A program made the translations under genes and the position numbers. The notes beneath the pieces were generated by a model. It made no database searches and had not been told where the DNA came from. It saw only the letters and a list, made by a program, of their open reading frames with translations. Positions 19,569 through 27,354 of a stretch of DNA of 45,456 nt are shown in pieces; the first letter of the stretch is position 1; each line of letters opens with the position of its first letter. Source of the DNA: a virus (Duplodnaviria > Caudoviricetes); IMG/VR virus record IMGVR_UViG_3300004633_000352, positions 1 through 45,456 of that record. One strand, given 5' to 3'.

Positions 19569-19798
19569 CACATCAAGAGCGTACATCAGGCACGCACATT
19601 TTGTCAGGTGAATGCACCCGCGGAACCCCCGCGGAGAGGCACACTTGGTATAAGATTGACGGTATCGAATCCGACACGAATCCGACACACACCAAAACGC
19701 GAAAGGATAGGGACGCCCGAACGACATACGATGAAAACAAAAGGAAGTACGGGTACGTCGACTGACCGGGCCGTCGAGGTTCTCGAAAGCGGTGCCGC

Positions 19799-19999
19799 GT
19801 GAGCATCCCCGTGAGCATCCCCAAGAAGCGCACCATCGATGAGCGCGGCCTGACCTCGATGGAACGCAAGATAGGTGCCACCGTGCAAATGCCGCGGGCG
19901 TTGTACCGCGTGGTGAAGCTCGCGAAAGGTATCGCGTACCTGGAGCTGATCACGTCCACGGAGGCAGTGGTGGGCTGCCTGGCTGGCTCAGGTGAGTAA
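19799..19999 (+). CDS. Small hypothetical protein
   Basis: 66 aa; the start lies in a 12-nt duplication. Confidence 0.35.
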   Translation: MSIPVSIPKKRTIDERGLTSMERKIGATVQMPRALYRVVKLAKGIAYLELITSTEAVVGCLAGSGE

Positions 20000-20082
20000 G
20001 CAGTGCGTCTGCTAAACGGATACTGGGCCTGCCACCACTCGATGACTGCGCATATGCGGCAGGCCCATACCAAGTCTACATG

Positions 20083-20499
20083 CTACCGCTTCAGAGCTTG
20101 GCCCGCTTTGCTGGGACCGCCAGGAGAGGGCGGGTGAGTGCCGGTGGACTTATATGTGATGGTGCCAGTGGTTGCTTGACCGCCGATCACGGTGAACTCG
20201 GTGACTGCCGTCACGGGCTGGACTCCTTCACCCATGTCTCCATCGGCGTTGGCGTGAACCTGGACCGTACCGAGCGGCCCGGGGAAATACACGTTGTTGA
20301 TCAATGGGTTGCCGGGATTTGTCTCACCATCTGGCAATTGGCAAATAGATTCGTCGGTGGACTTCCATTTGGTCGGTCCGTCCACCTTGACGACATTACC
20401 TCCCTCGTCGCGCCATTCGACGCTGACCACTCCCATTTCACCCGCTGTGACGGTTTGGGATGAGAACTGCGATACTGCCTGTCCTTTTGCTTGTGGCAT
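20083..20499 (-). CDS. Ig-like domain protein
   Basis: SD AAAGGAG before ATG 20499 (alternative start 20631); W.S.D..I and G...V.A pattern of Big-type folds. Confidence 0.6.
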   Translation of the reverse strand: MPQAKGQAVSQFSSQTVTAGEMGVVSVEWRDEGGNVVKVDGPTKWKSTDESICQLPDGETNPGNPLINNVYFPGPLGTVQVHANADGDMGEGVQPVTAVTEFTVIGGQATTGTITYKSTGTHPPSPGGPSKAGQALKR

Positions 20500-20627
20500 C
20501 GTGATACACACTCCTTTGAAAACGTAATCTCCCCGGGTATAGGTAATGACGGCCACTTGCGGCGGCCTCGCTTGCTGGTGCACGACGACCAGCGGCGTCA
20601 CAAAAGCAACTTCGACCAGCTCGTTCT

Positions 20628-20729
20628 TCATAAATCCCAGCGCCGATTGATAGCCTGCTTGGCTGCCCAAGCGCCGAGCAGGACCAGGCCGATTGCGATG
20701 ATGCAGGCCGCGAGTATCACGCCGACCAT
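20628..20729 (-). CDS. Small single-TM protein (33 aa)
   Basis: MVGVILAACIIAIGLVLLGAWAAKQAINRRWDL; read directly, below the ORF-track cutoff. Confidence 0.45.
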   Translation of the reverse strand: MVGVILAACIIAIGLVLLGAWAAKQAINRRWDL

Positions 20730-20730
20730 A

Positions 20731-21456
20731 TCACGCCGACCATTGCTTGCGCAGGCCCACGATCAGCGACGCGGCGCCGGCCATCATGCCCCACGTGCCG
20801 GGCTCGGGCGTTATGGTGTGCACTGTCGGGCCGAGATTACTGAGCGTGAACGTCGACTGGATGTGCCCGCGGCCGGTAAAGTTGAGCTGCGTGATGGCTG
20901 TCAGCGAGCCCGATGGAATCACATTGAGCGAGCTGTGCACGTAAGTGTCGACGCCGCTCAACGAGAAGCTGTCGAACGGCGCGCCGGCCTCGAGTGCATT
21001 CGCGGGATCGATGAGCGCTTCGCCGACGACCGTCGATCCGTTGATCTGAGCGTCGGGGTTGCTCTGCACGCTGAGTTGGAACGTATTGGCCAGCAGCGTG
21101 TAATCGGTGTCACTGAACTTTACCGTCAGCGTGCCGGCGCCCGTGCTAGTCGCCTCATTCTGCGTCAGGTTCAGAACCGTCGGCGGGATCAGGCCGGCAA
21201 GACCGACGCCGCTCACGGTCGTCAGCGTGAACATGCCGATCGTGCCGGTCACGTTGAGCGTCCCGTGCGGCGTGACGCTGCCGGCGAAGGTCAGCCCGCC
21301 GCATGTGCCGCTGCAGGTGACGGCGCCCACATTATCGACCAGCAGATCGGCAACAAAGCCGCCGCCGGCATCGATCGTCATCTCCGTAATGGTCGCTGCC
21401 TGAAGTGAGATCGCCCCGCAGAGCAGAACGATCGAAAGAATTGCACGTTTGATCAT
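20731..21456 (-). CDS. PEP-CTERM sorting-domain protein
   Basis: N-terminal signal peptide; C-terminal TPEPGTWGMM + TM helix + basic RK; SD GGAGG. Confidence 0.92.
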   Translation of the reverse strand: MIKRAILSIVLLCGAISLQAATITEMTIDAGGGFVADLLVDNVGAVTCSGTCGGLTFAGSVTPHGTLNVTGTIGMFTLTTVSGVGLAGLIPPTVLNLTQNEATSTGAGTLTVKFSDTDYTLLANTFQLSVQSNPDAQINGSTVVGEALIDPANALEAGAPFDSFSLSGVDTYVHSSLNVIPSGSLTAITQLNFTGRGHIQSTFTLSNLGPTVHTITPEPGTWGMMAGAASLIVGLRKQWSA

Positions 21457-21466
21457 TACTTCCTCC

Positions 21467-22132
21467 CTAGTTCTTACGGATGGTCACGGCCGCGACAGCT
21501 GACTGCATCCCGCTTCGCGCGATGACCTGCACAGTCACGTTGTTGCCCTGGATCTTACTCGGCGCGGTGTAAAGGCCGGTTGTTGTGATGCTCCCCATAT
21601 CGGCGGGCTCGATGCTCCATACTGCATCGGGAATCGAGGCCGTGAATTGCTGTTGCGACCCGGTCTGCATGGTCACGGCCGGCGGTGAGATGGTCAGATT
21701 GGTCGGCGGCGCGGGCTGCTCGATGATGGATACATCGGCCTTGTTGCTCGGCGCGGACTCCTGCGTCGCGGCCGATTGCAAATAGCTCGTTGCCCAGTAA
21801 CAATACGTGCCTGCGGTGACGTTGCTATCGGTGTACGTGAGCGCCGTGATCGGCGATGAATTGGGCTTGGTGCCGGTGCTTGCCGAAGCGCAGGCCACGG
21901 TGGCCCGATAGACGTTGTAACTGACACCGGGCGTCGTGCTGGCCGTCCAGTTGATGATTACCGTCTGCTTGCACGTCCGGCAGTACTCGTGGCAGGCGTA
22001 ACACGGCACCGCGACGTCAGCCCGCCGGTTATCGATCGACTCGAGCACATGGCCGAGCCCGCCGCATATCGGACACGCGCCCCGCGGCGGATCGATGTAC
22101 ATCGACGCGATGGTGCGCTCGTCCCGCATCAT
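21467..22132 (-). CDS. Zinc finger fused to FN3 and Ig-like domains (chimeric)
   Basis: CPICGGLG..CYAC..CRTC, then W.AS..SYNVYR..YTD..ESAPSN (FN3) and a GLYTAP Ig-like repeat; no signal peptide. Confidence 0.7.
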   Translation of the reverse strand: MMRDERTIASMYIDPPRGACPICGGLGHVLESIDNRRADVAVPCYACHEYCRTCKQTVIINWTASTTPGVSYNVYRATVACASASTGTKPNSSPITALTYTDSNVTAGTYCYWATSYLQSAATQESAPSNKADVSIIEQPAPPTNLTISPPAVTMQTGSQQQFTASIPDAVWSIEPADMGSITTTGLYTAPSKIQGNNVTVQVIARSGMQSAVAAVTIRKN

Positions 22133-22404
22133 TCCGGCTTCTCATCCTTCAGTTCTCCCCGATTCATCTGGTCAAGCAGCGAGCTCTGCTCCGGTGGCGC
22201 ATCGGCCCGCAGCGGCTCCGCAGTAAAGCTCGGCGCATTCATTACCTTGTCGCGCAGGCTCGGCCTCGGAGGCTCGGGTTCCGCCGGCGCGGATGGTCCC
22301 TCGTCAGCGATGTAGCTGGCGAATCTAAGGACGGCAACTTTCACCCGGCCCCTGAAGGCCATGTCCGTCATAAGCGAGCTGGACTCGTCGTAAGAAAGTG
22401 GCAT
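22129..22404 (-). CDS. Chimeric/truncated paralogue of ORF 18571-18858
   Basis: YDESSSLMTDMAFRGRVKVAVLRFASYI aligns with YQESADLMTDQQFRGRIKVAALTYAAYI; similarity then stops. Confidence 0.6.
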   Translation of the reverse strand: MPLSYDESSSLMTDMAFRGRVKVAVLRFASYIADEGPSAPAEPEPPRPSLRDKVMNAPSFTAEPLRADAPPEQSSLLDQMNRGELKDEKPE

Positions 22405-22417
22405 ATCGATTCTCCCT

Positions 22418-23761
22418 TTACCGCATCATGAATTCTGCGACGGTGTCGTCGCATGAGTAAAACCCACCACCATTCAGGCGCACATTACGCGCGCCGATCG
22501 TGAAAGCAGATGTTGTGCCCCATGACGGCGCCTTTGGCTGCGTGATCGAATTCGTCTGCACCTGCTGGCCGTTCACCCACAGGCTGAACGATGAGGCGTC
22601 CCAGGTGATCCGCAACTTCATGGTCACGCCTTTGCCGAAGACCGTGTCCTCGGTGCCGGCGGGGATCGCATAGACCGCCGCGTAGCCCTTCGCCCCGAAC
22701 CCGATCCGTAGCATGTTGTCGGTCGAGGTGTACGTGTTCAGGCTCCACCAGGAGCCGTTCGCGTCATAGATCTCGAACGCGCTCCGCATATTGGGCGAGG
22801 GCAAAGCCTGCCGCTCCGCAAACGAGTACGCAGACTTCAGATAGCAGGAGATCTCGGACGAATTGTTGAACACCGTCCCGAACGATCCGCTCGTGAAATT
22901 CACGTATGCCGTGTCCGTGTTCTGGTTGCCCGCGGCCGCGAACGACGCCCCGCTGCCCGTGCTGCTCAACGTGACCGTGCCCGCGCCGCGCACCGTCAGG
23001 GCGCCCGACCATCCAGTCGGCTTGATTACAGGAGTGACCACCGCGCTATCCATGAGCGACGGCATCTCGGTCGCCGTGAGCCGGAACTGGAACTTCGCTG
23101 ACGGGTCGATGGTGACAGCAACCGTCTTCGTCGCGCCCGCTACAGTCGCCGTGATCGTGTCATTCTCGATGCCGGTTGCGAGTGCGCTGGCAGTGGACGA
23201 GAACTTGAACGACGACGAGTTACCCGGAATGCTCACCGACGCAGGTACCGGCAGGTTCGCCGAGCTGCTCGTGATCGACGCTGCCAGGCCGGACAGCGGC
23301 GCCGCCGGCGACAGAGTGCCCGTGCAGGACGTGGACTCACCAGGGATCAGCTTGGCCGGAGTGCAGGTGAGGGCCGTGATCGTGTACGTGATCGCCGCGC
23401 TCGCGACCACACTGATGCCGGCCGGGATCTTCACCGTGCCCGCCGACGCCGTGATCGTTGCCGATTGTGCGGGCGTAGACGCTGTCGTCGTCACATTGAA
23501 TGTGACCTTGCTCGACGTCCAGCCCACCGTCACTGACTTGGGGGCGGTGATACCGGTGCCTGTCGTGGTGATCGTGATCGGGAACCCGCTAGTACCCGCG
23601 GCCGCAGAGATCGTGGCCGTGCAGGAGGAGGCGGACCCGGCGCCAACTGAGACAGGCGCGCACGTGAACGCGCTCAGAGTCTGCGTGTACGGACCCGGCT
23701 CCGGCGGCTTCTTACAGGCCGCCATGAGGATCGTCAGCAGCAGCAGAATACATCGCTTCAT
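22418..23761 (-). CDS. Lipoprotein with two Ig-like repeats and a ConA/LamG-like C-terminal domain
   Basis: Lipobox LMAA-C at residue 16; repeated TC.P....G.S.SCT.T units; ITWD...LWVNG and FTIG motifs. Confidence 0.8.
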   Translation of the reverse strand: MKRCILLLLTILMAACKKPPEPGPYTQTLSAFTCAPVSVGAGSASSCTATISAAAGTSGFPITITTTGTGITAPKSVTVGWTSSKVTFNVTTTASTPAQSATITASAGTVKIPAGISVVASAAITYTITALTCTPAKLIPGESTSCTGTLSPAAPLSGLAASITSSSANLPVPASVSIPGNSSSFKFSSTASALATGIENDTITATVAGATKTVAVTIDPSAKFQFRLTATEMPSLMDSAVVTPVIKPTGWSGALTVRGAGTVTLSSTGSGASFAAAGNQNTDTAYVNFTSGSFGTVFNNSSEISCYLKSAYSFAERQALPSPNMRSAFEIYDANGSWWSLNTYTSTDNMLRIGFGAKGYAAVYAIPAGTEDTVFGKGVTMKLRITWDASSFSLWVNGQQVQTNSITQPKAPSWGTTSAFTIGARNVRLNGGGFYSCDDTVAEFMMR

Positions 23762-23823
23762 AAACCCTCCCTTGTTAGCGTCCCTTGTTAGCGCTGATAA
23801 AATACAGAGGTCGGAGGCGTGTG

Positions 23824-23964
23824 ATGACCGTAACTCTACACCTGGTCCTTCTGATTCTAGCCCTCGTCCTGTTTGTGCTCGCGGCGCTGGGCGTCACTCA
23901 CCCGCGGTGGAACTTTATCGCTGCCGGCCTGGCGCTGTGGGTGCTCGCGCTGATCGTGACCTGA
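23824..23964 (+). CDS. Small two-TM membrane protein (46 aa)
   Basis: TG-A-TAAAAT promoter and SD GGAGG; MTVTLHLVLLILALVLFVLAALGVTHPRWNFIAAGLALWVLALIVT; not in the ORF track. Confidence 0.7.
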   Translation: MTVTLHLVLLILALVLFVLAALGVTHPRWNFIAAGLALWVLALIVT

Positions 23965-23971
23965 CGCGGGC

Positions 23972-24484
23972 CTAGTCTTCCTTGTCCTCATCGTCTTTTT
24001 TCGAGAGGTCCCTGACCCTGACATCCAGGTACTCCTTCCCCAACGTGTAGCAGGCCTCTAGCTCTTCGACCGTGATGTACTCGATCAGCTTCTTCTTATC
24101 CAGATTCTTCCGCCGCTTCATGCCGCCGTAATAACACGCCACTTGGCCCCACCGCATGCCCGGCACGCCATACTTCGCGGCCAGCGCCCCGAGCTCGCTC
24201 TTGAGTGCAGTCCGGGCCTCCTTCACGTCCTTCTCCTGCGCGGCGAGCGAGACCTCCTCGCTCAGGAGGTGGATCGCATAGTCCATGTCGGCGCGCGTGA
24301 ACTCGGAGACGAGCGGGAAAGTATCCGCGACCCGGGATGGCGGTGGCGGCTCGGCGGCGCCCGCGAATGGCGTCATCCCGGGGAATGGCTGCTGTCTCGT
24401 ATCATCGGTCACTCCCGGTTTATCCGGTTTATGACCTCTACGTGGCTTGTAACCCATAGCTCCCGCACCTGCGGCTTTACTCAT
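23972..24484 (-). CDS. Hypothetical protein
   Basis: 170 aa, last gene of the replication operon. Confidence 0.65.
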   Translation of the reverse strand: MSKAAGAGAMGYKPRRGHKPDKPGVTDDTRQQPFPGMTPFAGAAEPPPPSRVADTFPLVSEFTRADMDYAIHLLSEEVSLAAQEKDVKEARTALKSELGALAAKYGVPGMRWGQVACYYGGMKRRKNLDKKKLIEYITVEELEACYTLGKEYLDVRVRDLSKKDDEDKED

Positions 24485-24494
24485 TGTTTCACCC

Positions 24495-26897
24495 TCACTG
24501 TTTCATCCACCTTTCCATCACATCCCCATCACTCGTAATCGGCACCCGCATGACACACTTCCCGCTCATCTCATCATTCATGCATGTCTCCATCGCCATC
24601 CCCATCCCCTCGCACACCACATCCGCATAGTCCTCTTCCGCCTCCGCCATGATGGCGTCGTGGATGGTCAAAAGCGGCCAGCACCAGACACCATCCGCGT
24701 ACAGGTCCTCGAGCATGTCATTCACCTTGCCCATCGAGAGCTTGAGGTGGCCGGCCGCGGTCGAGGTCACGCTCATGTTCTGTGCCTGCCTGAGCCCGGC
24801 CTCCCTGATCCAGGCGTGCGTGGAGGCGACCTCGGGCACCAGCCGGATGCGGCCGAAGCCGTCCCAGACCATTCCGTACCGCCGGGCTCTGTACCAGCAG
24901 CGTTCGAAGTACAGCCTGACCTCGGGCCGCGAGTCGAGCCACTCCTCGATGAACTTCCGGCACCACTCTTCGGTCAGCCAGTCCGGCACCGGGATCTTAC
25001 TCGCCCCGAAGTCCATGACCAACTGCATATACAACCCCTTCTCGGTCCCCCCATTTTGTATGGAAAAATTGGTTCGTTTAGCCGCCATCCGGTGTTTGAT
25101 TTTGTCTGGCTTCTGGTCCCACGGCACGCCTAGTGCCCGATGACAGGTATCGTCGTGGATGTCGCCGCCATCCAGGTAGACCTGGATCATGCTTTGGCAG
25201 TTGGCGAGGTGCGCCAGGTCCCGCAACTCAATCTGGCTGAGGTCCCGATTGATCAGCCGCTTGCCAGGTGGAGCGATAAAGCCGGCTTGCACTAATTGAC
25301 CGTCCTCGGTGCGCGTCGGTATGTTGCCGCAGTTTCCAGTGACGTGCACTTTCCCATTACGACGCACCAGCAAGATCGTCGACGGCACCGAAACGCAATA
25401 GACGTCGTCCGAGTAAGGCACCACATCCTGTTGCCGGTTGGTGGTTAAACTGTACCCGTTCCGGCTGACGTCCGCGCTCCAGAAATGGCAGCCGGCAGTG
25501 TTCACGCGTGCTCGCACGGCGGCCCTTCTACCATTCAGTGTGAATAAGGTCGCAACTACATCAGCATTATGTTTGTCGATAGAGGCGTACTTGTTTTCCG
25601 ATACCGAGTCGCCGTCCCACTGCATGAACTCTTTCATCGCGACCGCTGCCTGCGCCTTGTTTAGTGAAATGAACAGTTCGATAGGCAATCGCTTTTCCGT
25701 CCCTAGCAACTGTTTCACCCGCTCCACGAAAGCTTCGTTTTCCACGGCGCTGATGTAAAACCGTATGCGTCCTTCTCCGTTCTGGTGGCTTGTATAACGA
25801 ACGCCGAGCTCTTCGAGAATTCGGGTCAGCCTCCTGATCTTGCGCTGCTTCTTAAAAGCGAAGTCGATAGCCCGCCGGCTCCAACTTCCGTCCGCCTGCA
25901 TGGCGATCAGGAAGGCCAACATAGCGTCTGTGTATTCAACGCCAGATCCATAATGCTCACCTGAGTTCCACTGCCTATAGTCTTCCGGGTAGTCTTCCGC
26001 GTGGTAGATGAACCAGTTATTGCTATGCTGGTTTTGCAACAGGCACCGGTGGTCGCTCGTAGTCAACAGGTCGATCTGGTCCTCGGTGTGGTTCCAAATC
26101 AGTCGTTCCGCAAAATATTGCACGCGTCCGGTTGGCTTCACGAACCGGATCATTCCCCCTCCGGCCGGTGCTCCTACAGCAAATTCCCATTGGGCGACCT
26201 CGCTATCGGGCGCGAGCTCGTCGAAGCGGACCCAGCCTTTTGGCGTCAACACTTCCGTGTCGCGACTGAAGCAGTTAGGGTTCTTGTGGTTGATCCTGCC
26301 AGTCTCCGCCCTGGTCGTCCCCATCTCCCCGTGCACCCGCCACTGGTCGGTCTCATGCGCGAGCTCGCACACCGGGCAGCACGCACTCCTCGGATGGAAC
26401 CTGGCGAGCGCCGGCAGTTTGTCACTGTAGGTGGTCCGCAGCTTGGTCAGTTCTCTGTACCGGAGCACGCGCGCCACGACCGGGTGCTCTCCCTTGACCA
26501 ACTCTAAGGACCGCTTTCCCGTACTGACCGCGCCCTTAGACGTCCGCTTGAGCCGCTTATCCGCGCCGAGGCCGAGCACGTCCCACAGCAGCTTCCCCAC
26601 CTGCTCGGCACTGGCCGGGTTGATCGACGCATCCCCGCCTTCCTCCGCCTCCTCCAGTGCCAGCGACCGGCTGGTGAACTCATCCACCTTGTCCGGCGGG
26701 ATGTAGTCGGCGATCTCGCGCTTGACTGCCTCGGCCTCCCGGGCGAAGCGGGCGGACAGGTCCGCGAAATACTCTTTATCGATCGCGATACCGAGACGCT
26801 GGGCCCGCCGGATCATGGGGATCGCCAGCAGGTCGAGACGTCTTACGTTCTCGAGGTCGGGATGGCCGGGGAATTCAATGGCGGCGTAGAGTGACAT
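24495..26897 (-). CDS. polA: Family A DNA polymerase, polymerase domain only, intein-containing
   Basis: TGR, NPN/NIP, motif A DLSQIELR, motif B RMAAKRTNF, motif C IHD; no exonuclease domain in this ORF. Confidence 0.93.
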   Translation of the reverse strand: MSLYAAIEFPGHPDLENVRRLDLLAIPMIRRAQRLGIAIDKEYFADLSARFAREAEAVKREIADYIPPDKVDEFTSRSLALEEAEEGGDASINPASAEQVGKLLWDVLGLGADKRLKRTSKGAVSTGKRSLELVKGEHPVVARVLRYRELTKLRTTYSDKLPALARFHPRSACCPVCELAHETDQWRVHGEMGTTRAETGRINHKNPNCFSRDTEVLTPKGWVRFDELAPDSEVAQWEFAVGAPAGGGMIRFVKPTGRVQYFAERLIWNHTEDQIDLLTTSDHRCLLQNQHSNNWFIYHAEDYPEDYRQWNSGEHYGSGVEYTDAMLAFLIAMQADGSWSRRAIDFAFKKQRKIRRLTRILEELGVRYTSHQNGEGRIRFYISAVENEAFVERVKQLLGTEKRLPIELFISLNKAQAAVAMKEFMQWDGDSVSENKYASIDKHNADVVATLFTLNGRRAAVRARVNTAGCHFWSADVSRNGYSLTTNRQQDVVPYSDDVYCVSVPSTILLVRRNGKVHVTGNCGNIPTRTEDGQLVQAGFIAPPGKRLINRDLSQIELRDLAHLANCQSMIQVYLDGGDIHDDTCHRALGVPWDQKPDKIKHRMAAKRTNFSIQNGGTEKGLYMQLVMDFGASKIPVPDWLTEEWCRKFIEEWLDSRPEVRLYFERCWYRARRYGMVWDGFGRIRLVPEVASTHAWIREAGLRQAQNMSVTSTAAGHLKLSMGKVNDMLEDLYADGVWCWPLLTIHDAIMAEAEEDYADVVCEGMGMAMETCMNDEMSGKCVMRVPITSDGDVMERWMKQ
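25332..26273 (-). mobile_element. Intein (314 aa) with LAGLIDADG-type endonuclease region
   Basis: Starts CFSRDTEVLTPKGW, block B TSDH, ends VYCVSVP...RRNGKVHVTGN before an extein Cys; LIAMQADGS and FMQWDG motifs. Confidence 0.93.
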
Positions 26898-26944
26898 CGT
26901 TTTCGGTTATAGTCTGTTTTCGGTTTATAGCTGGCTGGGGGTTT

Positions 26945-27100
26945 GCTACAGGCATACTCCGCTCCCTCCATTACCGCCTGTCACGACCAGCGAGTCAGTG
27001 TTGGTTGGGAATCTTCGCTACAGGCATCCCGCACCGCCAGCATTACCGCCGCACTGGCATCCCCATTACCGCCTGTTACGACCAACAAGCTACGACCAAC
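26945..27100. repeat. Mosaic of short direct repeats between the two polymerase genes
   Basis: GCTACAGGCAT x2, CATTACCGCC x3, ACGACCA x3. Confidence 0.7.
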
Positions 27101-27114
27101 GTTATTCATGAACA

Positions 27115-27354
27115 TCATACGATTCCCACGCGGCCACCCCGCCCCACCCGCTCATCACCATCGATACATCTGGTGCCGCGCGACAACTCCATCGCGATCC
27201 GGCGCCGTTCGGAACACTTACCCGGATGTCGGGTGAGGAACCGCCGCAGGCCTGCCCGCCCGCAGGAGGCGCCGCAGGAACACACCGCGCCACCGGTGTC
27301 CGGATCGACTGCGACTACGAACAGGTTCTTGTCATCCGTCACGTTCTCAGTCAT
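27115..27354 (-). CDS. Small Cys-rich hypothetical protein
   Basis: ATGA-coupled to the UDG-exonuclease gene; CSCGASC..H..C. Confidence 0.5.
   Translation of the reverse strand: MTENVTDDKNLFVVAVDPDTGGAVCSCGASCGRAGLRRFLTRHPGKCSERRRIAMELSRGTRCIDGDERVGRGGRVGIV

Noticed and set aside
18571-22404. Invertible tail-fibre cassette bounded by the inverted paralogues
   Set aside because: Similarity is mainly at protein level; no identical inverted sites and no invertase
22863-23975. Long opposite-strand ORFs (also 1019-2011, 6413-7525, 12174-13253, 14302-15282, 20491-21408)
   Set aside because: Shadow frames of well-supported genes in high-GC DNA
26897-27351. Group I intron or split intein joining the polymerase halves
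   Set aside because: No recognisable intron core or intein termini; cannot be fully excluded without RT-PCR
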